Made by a program: the position numbers and the translations under genes. The notes below the pieces were generated by a model. That model did not search any database. It was not told where the DNA came from and was given only the letters and a program-made list of their open reading frames with translations. DNA of 64,000 nt, taken from an uncultured Verrucomicrobiae bacterium. GTDB taxonomy: Bacteria > Verrucomicrobiota > Verrucomicrobiia > Chthoniobacterales > Terrimicrobiaceae. This document shows, in pieces, positions 10,025 through 20,624 of this stretch (its first letter is position 1; every line of letters starts with the position of its first letter). The stretch lies in contig CAVPOC010000003.1 in assembly GCA_963706955.1 (NCBI GenBank), positions 683,395-747,394 of the forward strand, written 5' to 3'.

Positions 10025-10508
10025 AGATCTTCCTTCGACGTATCGCCACAGCGTCCTTGTTTCCCAAGATGCCATCGACGCGAATGGCCATGCCAATAAC
10101 GTCGAGTATCTGCGCTGGATGCAAGAGGCCGCCGTCGCCCACGCCGATGCCACCGGTTGTACGGATGTTACCAGGAAGGTCGGCGCATCGTGGGTGGTCC
10201 GAAGTCATCATATTGAGTATCTGCAGCCGGCACTTGCGGGTGATCGCCTCGTGGTTTGCACCTGGGTTTCCAATCTTCGCAAGGTGAGTTCTCTGCGGAA
10301 ATACCTCCTTCTGCGCGAGACCGATCACGCTGTGATCGCTCGCGGTGAAACCAAGTGGGTATTCGTAGAGAGCCAGTCGGGACGACCGCTGGCCATTCCA
10401 AAACAAGTTTTCTCGCTCTTTGAGGTGGTGCCGCCAAGCCTCGAACCTCACGATGGAACTGCGCTTGAGGACTCCGCTATCATCATGAAGCCACCGCTTT
10501 GGTGCTAA
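10014..10508 (+). CDS. Acyl-CoA thioesterase (4HBT hot-dog fold)
   Basis: IDANGHANNVEYLRW motif; start approximate (TTG at 10014). Confidence 0.85.
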   Translation: MKNRDLPSTYRHSVLVSQDAIDANGHANNVEYLRWMQEAAVAHADATGCTDVTRKVGASWVVRSHHIEYLQPALAGDRLVVCTWVSNLRKVSSLRKYLLLRETDHAVIARGETKWVFVESQSGRPLAIPKQVFSLFEVVPPSLEPHDGTALEDSAIIMKPPLWC

Positions 10509-10647
10509 ACGGGTCGATGCAGACGCCGCGCAGGCTTGTTCTTGCATCGGTTGCAGGTCGGTCTTGTAGCGACGGTGTCCTCACCGTCGAGGGGCCCGGT
10601 CGGCGGCGGGGACGCCGCCGCTACAACCGAGTGGCCGAGCTTCTCGT

Positions 10648-12096
10648 TTATTCCTTGATCGCTTTCAGGAGCGGCTGCAATTCGACCGTCGCAAAGCTCG
10701 TCGCTCGATCGCTCATCGCATAGGGGATCACCACCAGGTCGTTGTGGATTAGTCCTCCGCAAGAGTAGACGACATTCGGAACGTAGCCGGAGCTCTCATC
10801 CGCCGTGGGGACAAGCAGCGGCTCGCGCGTTTGGCCAATCACCTTTGAGGGGTCTTCGAGGTCGAGCAACACCGCGCCAATGCAATACTGGCGCATGGCC
10901 CCGACCCCATGAGTCAACACCAGCCAACCCTCCTCCGTCTCCATTGGCGAGCCGCAGTTGCCCACTTGCACGAGCTCCCAGTAGAATTTTGGCGCCTTCA
11001 GCAAGATCGGGCTTTCCCAAAAGCGAATTTCCTTCGACTTCATCAGGAAAAGGTTTTCGCCATCAAGGCGCGAAAGCATGACATAGTTCCCGTCGATCTT
11101 CCGAGGGAAGAGCGCAAGGCCCTTGTTCCGAGCGCCGGTTCCCATAAGAGTTCTTATTTTTAAGACGGGACCTCCATCGTGCTCGGAAAGCTGCGGAAAG
11201 ATGCGGAATCCATTGTAAGCCGTGTAGGTGGCATAATAGCGATCGGAATTATCATCATCGACAAATCGCACCATGCGGGCATCTTCGATCCCGCGCGACT
11301 CATTTTGCGACGTCGGGAAGATAACCGCCTCCGACCAGTTGCCATCCGCGGGAACCTCCAAATCATAGTTTCCGTGCGCGACGGCGAGAAGGTTTTCTTT
11401 GGTCTCCTCGTATTCGCTTGCACTTTCAAAACCACTCCGGGCCTGTTCGAGCGCCTGCGCCAATTCCTCGACGGTGAATCCGTCGCCGAGCCCGGAAAGA
11501 ATTTTCGCGGCGGACTTACTGAGTGCCCCCGCGGCGATCAAGCTTTGGCGCCACACTTCGTGACGGCGTGGCTGAATCGTCATCTTCAAGGGACGTATAA
11601 AGGGGCTTCGCTCGTCCATGGAGATGTTGCAGTCTTTGTCGATCACCCCCCTGAGGAAAACGATGGATGAAACGTGCCCTTCCCCGGTAGCCCGAAGGCT
11701 CATGGCAAAGCGCGTGCTCCCTTCCGGCAGACCTTCCTGATTGCGTGCCGGAACCATGGAGGGATTGAAGAGGGCCGCTGCTTCCACAGAGTACTCCATG
11801 GTGAAGTAAGCGCCAATGAGCAGTTGGCGCGCCTCACTAACCGCGCTCGCTTCAGGCAAAAGGTTACGGACAGCCTGATAGTGTTCCAGAAAGATGGTCC
11901 GAATATTCCGATGCTTCTTCCCGAAGTCCGCCTCTGTTCGCTCCAGCAGCTGGAGAGCTTCGGACTCGGGCAGCCCCATCACACGTTCGATGATGCATTT
12001 TGCGCGTGGATCACCCCCCACGCTAAAGAAACGGGCAATGGTGCGGCGCGGATCGGGCTCGATCCTCTGTGGCAGCCGCTTGACGGTGATGCTCAT
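10648..12096 (-). CDS. Glycoside hydrolase family 130 protein (mannoside phosphorylase/hydrolase-like) with N-terminal extension
   Basis: ALFNPS, GIEDAR, RNKGLALFP, GNCGSP, GYVPNVVYSCG motifs. Confidence 0.85.
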   Translation of the reverse strand: MSITVKRLPQRIEPDPRRTIARFFSVGGDPRAKCIIERVMGLPESEALQLLERTEADFGKKHRNIRTIFLEHYQAVRNLLPEASAVSEARQLLIGAYFTMEYSVEAAALFNPSMVPARNQEGLPEGSTRFAMSLRATGEGHVSSIVFLRGVIDKDCNISMDERSPFIRPLKMTIQPRRHEVWRQSLIAAGALSKSAAKILSGLGDGFTVEELAQALEQARSGFESASEYEETKENLLAVAHGNYDLEVPADGNWSEAVIFPTSQNESRGIEDARMVRFVDDDNSDRYYATYTAYNGFRIFPQLSEHDGGPVLKIRTLMGTGARNKGLALFPRKIDGNYVMLSRLDGENLFLMKSKEIRFWESPILLKAPKFYWELVQVGNCGSPMETEEGWLVLTHGVGAMRQYCIGAVLLDLEDPSKVIGQTREPLLVPTADESSGYVPNVVYSCGGLIHNDLVVIPYAMSDRATSFATVELQPLLKAIKE

Positions 12097-12420
12097 GCGT
12101 CCACGGGCGGCAATTTGCCAATCGACAAACGGCTCTGAAACGCCAGCTTGTCAAGCCGGTGCCTCTCGTCGTTCAGGCTGCTCCGGAGCCGCATCCCTCT
12201 ACGGAAGAACTTCGAGTGCGCTGGATCTGTCCTGTTGTCCAGCGCGGCGCTGGCCCTCGACAATAGAGGCCTCAGGCATTTGGGAAGCATTCGCGGAGAT
12301 GCCGGATGCACGGCTGATCCTTTCAAAATCGAAGTCGCGTATATTGTCTCACCGCGGATAACGCAATGCGAGGATAAAACATCGCGTGGACGAGACGATT
12401 CACGAATCCGAGGCGTTTCA

Positions 12421-12642
12421 CTAACGATTTAGCGTTCCATCATGAAAACGATGAATGACGCTGTGCGCGATATGCAGATCCAATCTCGGATCGTTGAGCC
12501 GCGGCGGCAAGAAGACGCGATAGAGTGGCTCCAAGGTGACGCGTTCCGCACCCTGATCGATAAGTTGCTCGCACAACTCACGCAGGAGCGCCTTCTGCTC
12601 GGGCGTGAGTGACGCACTCAGAAGAGCGGCCGGGTCTTTCAT
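12421..12642 (-). CDS. Small hypothetical protein (73 aa)
   Basis: ATG-started ORF with helical, protein-like composition in an otherwise empty gap. Confidence 0.55.
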   Translation of the reverse strand: MKDPAALLSASLTPEQKALLRELCEQLIDQGAERVTLEPLYRVFLPPRLNDPRLDLHIAHSVIHRFHDGTLNR

Positions 12643-12810
12643 AAGTCACCATCTTGCAAGGCGTGGCGAACGCAACCGCAACCGGGAGATATTCTTGATC
12701 GCGCAGCCAAGATGACTTCGGCATAACTTACGGAGCTCGTCATTAGCTAAGTGCCTTCACAAAGGATTCCCATGCCGCGGTCGCCGCTCGGTTTTAGGAA
12801 CACCGCCTTT

Positions 12811-15069
12811 CTACTCGACCACATAGTTGGCCACCGCGACCTGACCGCGCGCCTTCGCGGACACTGTCCAAGCGCCGCGCTCGAGGCGAATGATGGGCTG
12901 CTCGATCTTCTCGCCATTAAGAAACCATTCGCATCCAGGCCAGGAGCTTTGCAGTGGCAGCATCTGCTGCGCCTTCGACATGGCGGGATTGTAGGAGAAT
13001 GTCGCGCCGTCTTTGGGAAACAAAATCTTCAGCGTGTCCGGCTGAACGGCAGCCGCAAGCTTGCCCTGAAGTCCAGGCCACCCGGCATGATATTCTGGAG
13101 GCAAACGCACGGCGCCATCCACATACCCTTCAGATCCCTGCAGCAGCGGTTCTGTCCCCGGCAAGAACCACTCACGAACTACCGGCTCGTTTGGACTTGG
13201 CAGTAGACCAGTCTCCGCGCCGATCTCCCTAGCGCGCAGGGATGCACTTTCTTCGAGGTTCGGCCAGGGTCGATCTCCGGCAGCGTAAAGCGACATCATC
13301 ATCGCTGCCCAAGCGGGCGCCGCGGAGCGAACGGCGAGAAGTTCAGGCATCGGGCGACCGTCCAGCGCGCCTGCCCAAACGGCCACGGTGTGATCCCGAT
13401 TGAAGCCGACACACCAGCCATCACGGAACCCCGAGCTGGTCCCGGTCTTTACCGCCGTGCGCTTGGGCAGACTTAACGGGGATGAAGCCCCAAAACTCGC
13501 CGTCCGCGCGCGATTGTCAGAAAGGATGTCAGCGACAATCGCGCATGCCGCTGGGGAGGCCAGGCGACGGACCTCACGAAGACCCTTCGCAGTGAGGCTC
13601 GGCATCCAGAATTCTCCGCCGCGTGCTAAGGCGGCATAAGCGCCTGCGAGCTCCACAAGGCGCACAGGCGCGTTCCCAAGGATGAAGCCCGCGCCATAGG
13701 AGTCGAAGGATTCTGGGAAATGAAACCCCCAAGTTTTGAGATAACCGAAGGTTTCACGCGCCCCATTTCGACTTAACGCGACGACGGCGGGCACGTTGAG
13801 CGAGTTTCCCAACGCCTCACGCACGCGCACCTGGCCAAAGTAGCGTTTCGAGTAGTTTTGCGGATCGTAGTCGCGATAAACCTCAGTGATCGCGTCGGGA
13901 GTGTCGGGCAAAAGCGACGCCGCCGTCAGCTTGCGTTGGTCTATTAGGTCAAGATAGAGGAACGGCTTCAGTGTCGAGCCGCAGCTCCTAGGTTCTATCG
14001 CCGAATTGATGAACGCGCGGCTAGCATCACCCGCGCAGGCAAGAGCGCGAATCGCCCCCGAGGAATTCTCAATCACCACGAGGGCGGCATCACTGACTCC
14101 CAGCGCTGCGGTGGCGGAAAGGTGTTCGCGCAAAATGCGTGCTGCGAGTCGCTGCAGGTCAAGGTCAAGGGAACTGACTATATTCCCGCGTCCACCGCAT
14201 TCGTGTATCTCCGAACGGACTTGTTGTCTGATCAAATCGACAAAGTGGGGTGCCTCATTCGGCGGATCGTCCTTGCTAACCCGCGGAGGATTACTCAATA
14301 GCAACTCGGCAGTTGCACCCACCGGCAACAAGCCTGACTTCGCAAGACGCCTGACATTCCGACGATAGCGCTCGAGCGCCGCATCGGGATTTTTCCAAGG
14401 GTTGAGGCGGGTAGGAGATTGCGGCAATCCTGCAAGGAAAATAGCTTCCGCAAGAGAGAGTTCGCGTGCCGGCTTGCCAAAATAAGCCCTTGCTGCGGCT
14501 GCCGGGCCGATGCGCTGATTACCGTAATCTAATCGGTTCAGATACGCCTCGAGAATCTTCGACTTCTCCCACTCCCTTTCCAGCCGCAGTGCAGCAGACG
14601 CTTCGCGAATTTTCGCTGAAAACGTTCTCGCCGGGTTTTTTGAGGACATCTTGATGAGCTGTTGGGTGATCGTGGAGGCGCCTGAAACGACACGTCCTCT
14701 TTGAATATTGCGGAGAAGCGCCCCGGCTGTCGCGGGAAGGTCAACGCCTGGATGGGTCCAGAACCGACCATCCTCGAGGCCGACGGTAGCGCGCGGAAGC
14801 CACTCTCCCATGTCCCGCAAGGGTTCGGGGTAGCTTTCGCGGGCGAAGGAAGTTGCGAGGACCGCGAGTGAGCGTCCGCGAAAATCCATGATCACTGGCG
14901 TGCCAGGCACAGGCTTGTCAAGCGCGTCAGGGAGAGGTGTGCGGCGGATGTAATAGCTGACGCCTGCACTGACGAGAGCGCCCGCCAGCAATATGGTGAC
15001 GAGCACCCGAGACGCCGTCGACAGCCGCCTCGAGGTGGAGGGCCAAGCTGGGGTTCGATCTCGGCTCAT
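12811..15069 (-). CDS. pbpC: Penicillin-binding protein 1C
   Basis: Transglycosylase EDGRF and GASTITQQL; transpeptidase GSTLKPF (SxxK), SLN, KTGTSSG; ATGA overlap with the A2M gene. Confidence 0.9.
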   Translation of the reverse strand: MSRDRTPAWPSTSRRLSTASRVLVTILLAGALVSAGVSYYIRRTPLPDALDKPVPGTPVIMDFRGRSLAVLATSFARESYPEPLRDMGEWLPRATVGLEDGRFWTHPGVDLPATAGALLRNIQRGRVVSGASTITQQLIKMSSKNPARTFSAKIREASAALRLEREWEKSKILEAYLNRLDYGNQRIGPAAAARAYFGKPARELSLAEAIFLAGLPQSPTRLNPWKNPDAALERYRRNVRRLAKSGLLPVGATAELLLSNPPRVSKDDPPNEAPHFVDLIRQQVRSEIHECGGRGNIVSSLDLDLQRLAARILREHLSATAALGVSDAALVVIENSSGAIRALACAGDASRAFINSAIEPRSCGSTLKPFLYLDLIDQRKLTAASLLPDTPDAITEVYRDYDPQNYSKRYFGQVRVREALGNSLNVPAVVALSRNGARETFGYLKTWGFHFPESFDSYGAGFILGNAPVRLVELAGAYAALARGGEFWMPSLTAKGLREVRRLASPAACAIVADILSDNRARTASFGASSPLSLPKRTAVKTGTSSGFRDGWCVGFNRDHTVAVWAGALDGRPMPELLAVRSAAPAWAAMMMSLYAAGDRPWPNLEESASLRAREIGAETGLLPSPNEPVVREWFLPGTEPLLQGSEGYVDGAVRLPPEYHAGWPGLQGKLAAAVQPDTLKILFPKDGATFSYNPAMSKAQQMLPLQSSWPGCEWFLNGEKIEQPIIRLERGAWTVSAKARGQVAVANYVVE

Positions 15070-18000
15070 GGCGCAGCGACGTGGCATTCGCTCGAGGCCG
15101 ACCGACCAAAAAAGCGGCTATCGTACATGGGAGAAATCTGGGTGGCCGGCCAGACGAAAGCTCCGCCAGCGGTAGCCCGCGCGAGGACGCTATAGCTGCG
15201 TGTGCCAGCGGGAAGTTCGTCGAAATAGAGGTTCGTTTGCTGGTCACGCATCTCGCTGTGTGAGAGATCTGCGGTTTCACTCTCCGCTTGTGCCGGAAGA
15301 CCATAAAATTTACCAAAGAGGTCCAGATTGGGATTCACCACCTCGAGACCGGCAGGGAGCGGATCTTCGATGACGACGTAGCTCTGTGGCTTTTCCGACG
15401 AGATTCGATAGGAAATAAGAATCTGATCGCCGAGCTGGTAGGGCGCTCGGTCGCTGCCGTCGCGCGAGGGGTTCGTCAGGTTCTTGGTGACTCGGTCGAT
15501 GCTCAGCCCGCGCGCTACTGGCGCGACCTGTCTCCCCGGCGGACGGTATTCGGCTTTCAAAACGTAACTGCCGCCCGGCTGGAGACCCGTGACCGCGAAG
15601 TCCGCCAACCTGGCGAGATCTTGCTTGCTCCAGCTCCCAGCCGTTCTGTTTGCAGAAAATGTTTCGGGCGGTGGATCGATACCTGCAAGCTGCGCTAACG
15701 GAGTGGCCCTCATGATGGCGTTGAAGGTGACCAGAAGCCAAAGATTTTCCTGGGTCGAGAGACTGGCGGAGGATTCCGTCAGCTTGAAGAGGCGATCGCG
15801 GATCGCCTCGGCACTCTTCTCCGGCTCGACAAGAAGTCGCGCCCATCCGCAGAGTGCTTCGGTGCGCGTCGCGGAGGCAAACGTTTCCGGGTTGAAGCTA
15901 ATGGTGGTGAAGTCGCTGGGAAGTTCGCTGATGAGCACCCGCTGCTTCTCCTGCTCGAGTCCGAGATGGTGCATGGCAATTGCCAGCATCGCCTTCCCTT
16001 CGCCACTCAGTTTATCCCGCTGCAGGAAAAGCTCCGTCGCGGCGGAAGCGGCGATGGCCGAAGCCTCTTCCTCAGCATCTGACAGCGCAAATATGGCGAA
16101 CGCCCTCAAGGTGGGCGAGAGCGCCATTTGGGCCGAGACCATTTTCTCCACTGCCCCGGCGAGCTCGCTAGAGAGCCGCTCAGGAACAGCGAAGCCCGCT
16201 TGCTCCGCTTGACGGACGCACCAGGCCGTCTGGATGGTGACAAAATCATTGGGCTCGGTGCCACCGGCCCAGTAGGGCAGGCGGCCGTCCGGGAGGAGAG
16301 CTGCCTCAAACTCGCGCAGCGTTTCGCCGATGACGTGTTCGTAGGAGGCTCGTCGCGCCTGCACTTCGGGAAGGTACTCCAGGAGCCCGCCGAGCGATGT
16401 ATAAGCGAGCAGGCGAGAGGATTTTTGTTCGAGGCAGCCATGGGGGTATTCGAGCAGAAAAGGCAACCCGACCAGCTTGCTTAACCAGGGTGTGGTCGAG
16501 ACCGCCAACTGGAAGGTGCCGCGTCCTTGGCGCCAGGCAGGGAGCATGACTTCGTGGGCAGACAAGTCGGATCCCGTGACCAAGCCGGAGACGGACTCCT
16601 TCTGGAGAATCGCCGGCTCCGCGACCGGAAGCGTGACTTCAACGGCATCCATCAGCTTCGCGGCAGACGTCGCTTCGAATTTCACATTCGCCCACCCGGT
16701 AGAACGTGCCCGCGCCTTAAAACGAACGATGGCTGGCGTGTCTCGCGCGGCGGATACTTCCTCCTGAGCGGTCCCCTCGAGCTCCAGATCACCTCCGACG
16801 GTGCAACGCACCGTCAGTTGCTCAGAATCGGAAACCTTTTGGCGCGCTACCGCTCTGAGTTCGACCTGATCGCCTTCCCTTAGGAATCGTGGAAGTGCCG
16901 GCTCGATCAGGAGCTTCTTGCTCACGGCGAAGGTCGCATCGCCCGCGCCGAATTGACTGTTCCTGGTTTGGCCGATCGCGACGACCCGAAAGCGTGTGAG
17001 ATTATCCGGAGCTTCGCATTCAAATCTCGCTACTCCCTTCGCATTCGTCCGCACGCTGGGTCGCCAGAGGATGAGTGGCTTAAACTCCTTTCGCGTGAAG
17101 GCGACGTTGCCAAATTGCTCCGCGCCGGCGTCTCCGGCGACGAAGCCTTTCATGGTGAGCCAAGACGGGACGATCTTGTCCACATACGCCTTCAAAGCCG
17201 AATACGTCACGACCGCGAAGTGGCGCGCAGGGAAAAAGTCGGCCAGCATCCGCGGGAGATTCCAGCCGCCTAGAGTGAGGATTGAATCGTCCACTGCGTA
17301 GATCAGGAGGTCGGCGCCCGCCACCGGCCGGCCCGCCGCTTTGACCGTGACTTCGCCCAAAACTTTCTCGCGTGGTTCGTATTCCGGGCGGCTCGTCCGA
17401 ATAGAGACCTCGAGCGCGCGGTCGGGCGCCTGCACTGCCAATTGGTCATAGCCATACATCTCGCCGGCGAGTTGGTCGGAACCACCGGGACGCAGCAAAT
17501 AGACCGACACGAAAACGTTGGGTTCATATTCGGGCCTGATCGGTATTTCAATTCGGCTCGTGTTTCCGTTAAGGGGAGCGGTGAAGGTATCGAGTAGCTT
17601 GTCTGTTTCCACGCTGACCCACGCGACACCTCCACTAGGAGCGAGCACATTCAACACTGCCTTTTCGCCCACCAGCCACGGCTTGGCGTTCTCCCGCGCC
17701 CCAGCCTTGACCGAAAACACGCTGGCGGAAGTATCGGATTGCACAGGCACTTCCGAGGCCTCGTCGCCGGCGAGATAAGCTTCCTCACTGACCGGAAATC
17801 CCGGAGCGCCAGGCAATGGCGAGATGAGCGCGACATATCGGCCCGGCATGCGTGGTGTAAATTCAAGCGAATCTTCCGTCACCTGCTGACGTTCCTCGAC
17901 AAGTTCGTATTGGTCGAAGTTGCGATAGCGATAGACGTTTGGCGCCAGCCGCTCTTTGACCGACTTGGTCTGCACGTGAAAGAGTTGGACGTTCACTGCC

Positions 18001-20624
18001 TGCGGCGCTGTTGCGAAGGTTTCCTGCGCGTTCCAGAAAAACTGGACTTTATCGGCTTGACTCTCTCCTCTCCTGATCCCAAGCAGCACCGGAGCCATGG
18101 CGACGTTCTGTGTGGTTCCGCCGGTGATGGTTTGCCCATCAGGGCCGGTCACATCGACTCTCCAACTGACCTGGCAACGCGCGCGATTACCCGGATCTTT
18201 GAACGGCGCATCGCAACGGAGCACAACGCTGCCAGAACCATCCAGAACCGCTTCGCCCGCACTTTCTGCCGTGAAGTCCGGGCGTTTCGCATGCTCTGAA
18301 TAAGAATCGACGCGCGTCCAGTCATCCTCGCCACCGTCCTCGCCATCCGTCGAATCGCTGATCCATGTGGCTGTCCACTTCACAGGACTGCCCGCATTCG
18401 GAGCCCCGTGAAAATATTGTGATTGCACAGCAATGACCGACTCGGCCGGGTTCTTCGCAGCCAAGTTTTCGCAGATCACCGAGAAGGGCGGGTTTCTAAA
18501 TTCCTGAATCTGAAAACGGGCTGGCGAGGTTGGTTGATCACCAACCACTGCCTTGAGGGTAAACTCTCCGACCGCCGAATCCATGGGCGGCATCCAGGTG
18601 CCATTCCACCCGCCTTCAGCATCCAGTTGAGCTTCACCACTCGCGAGCACTTCACCCGCATAGGCACGCTCGATCGTCCATTTGACTGCGCGGCCGAGCG
18701 GAATTTTCAGCGTCCCAGCTCGATCTTCACGGACGAATCCCTTGAACTGAATTGATTGGCCGGGACGATAGAGCGGCCGGTCAGTCAGCGTGTATGTTCG
18801 GAGCGCAGGAGGCGGACGGGCGCTGAGCGATCCTCCAGAAAATTGATCTGAAAGCGCGATCGGTTGAAGGGTTCCCTCGCAGAGAAAATATTTCGCCAAG
18901 GCAGTGACCAGCATGTCGAAGGTTGCCAGTCCATTTTCATTGGTCGGAGAGCGGGCGATCTCGGTGAGGTCTTTGTCGAGCGCGGTGATGAACGACTTGT
19001 TCAGGGGGGTAGCGTCGCTCAAATTCGCGGCGCGGACGACGGAATGGCTTTTGGTGAGCTTGCGGGTGAGGGCGAGCTCGCCGAAGTAAATCACCGCCCG
19101 GTTACCGATGACCTTTCCTTGAAAATCTCGCCCGGTCACCTCCAGCAACTTCGCACCCGTGAGGACGGTGGAATCCCCAGGCTTCCAGGCAATCTCTCGC
19201 AAAACTTCTTTGTCCTCGCCCGCCGCGGGAACGTCTCCAGAGGCAATGACCGCAAGCCCCAGCTCGGAAATTAATGGTTGAGAGGTCTGGCGCTGAAACG
19301 TTCCCTCCTTCGTCCAAACCCGACGACCCTTCGAGTCTTCCAATAACGATTCAAATTCGCGTTCTCGCGAGAGAACTGACGGCAATTTGTCCAACGGCAC
19401 ATCCGCCAGCTTCCACTGGAGCTCGCTGGTATTCACCTGGTAGAAGGCGAACTTCAATCCAAGCACCGATCGTTGCCGGATTTGCTGAGCGGGAAAGAGG
19501 ATCGCACTTTCCTTGGGCCGAAAGCTGGCACCCCAGGTCTCCGATTTGAGAAGACCATATCCGGTCGTTCCCAGGATCTTATCAGAGACGGTCACCGAAT
19601 AACGCGAGTTCGGCTTGAAGTCCCCCTCGGCGACCAGAAAGGAGCCATCCTTTCGAATGTCCAACCTAACAGCGGGCGAGATTTCCAGAGCATCCTGAGG
19701 CAGCTCCATGTCGCCCAGAGTTTGGCTGAACTTCACCTCGACCCTCGGAGTTTCGAGAGGGAAATTGCGCGCGACCACATAGTCGATCTGCAGAGAGCGG
19801 GTGGCGCCAATTGGGAAAACCTGCGGATACCGTAACGAGCGCCCGGCATAGGCGTCGCAAATACCATCCACCACCAGGTCGTAGCGACGACCGACGGGCA
19901 GCGATTGAAGCGGCCGGACACGAAAAACAGTTATCTCGTTAGCAGTTTCCTTCGCCTCGACGACTCGAGCGTCATCGGTCTTGCCCTCGGCAACATTCAG
20001 CAGGATTTCTGCGGGAAACCTCTCTCGAGTGACCCGATCCTGAAACCAAACGCAATTCGCCGCGTCGGCAAGCCGCACGGGATAGTTGAACTCGAGGGGG
20101 ACTTGTGGACTCGCGTTCAGGTTGTCGCGTTCACCGTAGCCTTCCTCAACCACTCGCAAAGGAGGGGTGGTCAGCTCAAGACCCCAAGCACTCACTTGCA
20201 AAGAATTGCCGCTTTGATCGCGGGTACCCTCGCGCAAACGGAATCGATATGACTCGCCTGGGATCAATGGCCCTTTCACCATCAGCTCGCCTTGCGATTG
20301 GGTGCGCCAAATGAAAATAGTGTTGAGCGAAGGCGAAACCTCGATCGGCGACTCCAAGCCTTCGACATCAATCCTGTCCGGTGTCACCATCGCAGTAGGG
20401 AATGCAACGGTCAGCAGGGTGCCCGGACGCAACGGCTCCTCCGCTCCATCGACGCTCAGTCCACCCCCACTCGGATCATTCGTAAACGGACGCTGATCGA
20501 CGTCTTGCCGGATCGTAGGCTGGGGCGAGGGACGAGGCCAGAGCGACGGTCTGCTCTGGCTCGGCGGTTCCAGGGCGAGTAATGGACAAACCACCGCGAA
20601 GCTCGCAACTAGCACGCCTCTCAT
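15066..20624 (-). CDS. Bacterial alpha-2-macroglobulin
   Basis: 1852 aa; TDRPLYRPG, PDNLTRFRVVA, thioester YPHGCLEQ (CxEQ), EDPLPAGLE; adjacent to pbpC. Confidence 0.93.
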   Translation of the reverse strand: MRGVLVASFAVVCPLLALEPPSQSRPSLWPRPSPQPTIRQDVDQRPFTNDPSGGGLSVDGAEEPLRPGTLLTVAFPTAMVTPDRIDVEGLESPIEVSPSLNTIFIWRTQSQGELMVKGPLIPGESYRFRLREGTRDQSGNSLQVSAWGLELTTPPLRVVEEGYGERDNLNASPQVPLEFNYPVRLADAANCVWFQDRVTRERFPAEILLNVAEGKTDDARVVEAKETANEITVFRVRPLQSLPVGRRYDLVVDGICDAYAGRSLRYPQVFPIGATRSLQIDYVVARNFPLETPRVEVKFSQTLGDMELPQDALEISPAVRLDIRKDGSFLVAEGDFKPNSRYSVTVSDKILGTTGYGLLKSETWGASFRPKESAILFPAQQIRQRSVLGLKFAFYQVNTSELQWKLADVPLDKLPSVLSREREFESLLEDSKGRRVWTKEGTFQRQTSQPLISELGLAVIASGDVPAAGEDKEVLREIAWKPGDSTVLTGAKLLEVTGRDFQGKVIGNRAVIYFGELALTRKLTKSHSVVRAANLSDATPLNKSFITALDKDLTEIARSPTNENGLATFDMLVTALAKYFLCEGTLQPIALSDQFSGGSLSARPPPALRTYTLTDRPLYRPGQSIQFKGFVREDRAGTLKIPLGRAVKWTIERAYAGEVLASGEAQLDAEGGWNGTWMPPMDSAVGEFTLKAVVGDQPTSPARFQIQEFRNPPFSVICENLAAKNPAESVIAVQSQYFHGAPNAGSPVKWTATWISDSTDGEDGGEDDWTRVDSYSEHAKRPDFTAESAGEAVLDGSGSVVLRCDAPFKDPGNRARCQVSWRVDVTGPDGQTITGGTTQNVAMAPVLLGIRRGESQADKVQFFWNAQETFATAPQAVNVQLFHVQTKSVKERLAPNVYRYRNFDQYELVEERQQVTEDSLEFTPRMPGRYVALISPLPGAPGFPVSEEAYLAGDEASEVPVQSDTSASVFSVKAGARENAKPWLVGEKAVLNVLAPSGGVAWVSVETDKLLDTFTAPLNGNTSRIEIPIRPEYEPNVFVSVYLLRPGGSDQLAGEMYGYDQLAVQAPDRALEVSIRTSRPEYEPREKVLGEVTVKAAGRPVAGADLLIYAVDDSILTLGGWNLPRMLADFFPARHFAVVTYSALKAYVDKIVPSWLTMKGFVAGDAGAEQFGNVAFTRKEFKPLILWRPSVRTNAKGVARFECEAPDNLTRFRVVAIGQTRNSQFGAGDATFAVSKKLLIEPALPRFLREGDQVELRAVARQKVSDSEQLTVRCTVGGDLELEGTAQEEVSAARDTPAIVRFKARARSTGWANVKFEATSAAKLMDAVEVTLPVAEPAILQKESVSGLVTGSDLSAHEVMLPAWRQGRGTFQLAVSTTPWLSKLVGLPFLLEYPHGCLEQKSSRLLAYTSLGGLLEYLPEVQARRASYEHVIGETLREFEAALLPDGRLPYWAGGTEPNDFVTIQTAWCVRQAEQAGFAVPERLSSELAGAVEKMVSAQMALSPTLRAFAIFALSDAEEEASAIAASAATELFLQRDKLSGEGKAMLAIAMHHLGLEQEKQRVLISELPSDFTTISFNPETFASATRTEALCGWARLLVEPEKSAEAIRDRLFKLTESSASLSTQENLWLLVTFNAIMRATPLAQLAGIDPPPETFSANRTAGSWSKQDLARLADFAVTGLQPGGSYVLKAEYRPPGRQVAPVARGLSIDRVTKNLTNPSRDGSDRAPYQLGDQILISYRISSEKPQSYVVIEDPLPAGLEVVNPNLDLFGKFYGLPAQAESETADLSHSEMRDQQTNLYFDELPAGTRSYSVLARATAGGAFVWPATQISPMYDSRFFGRSASSECHVAAP

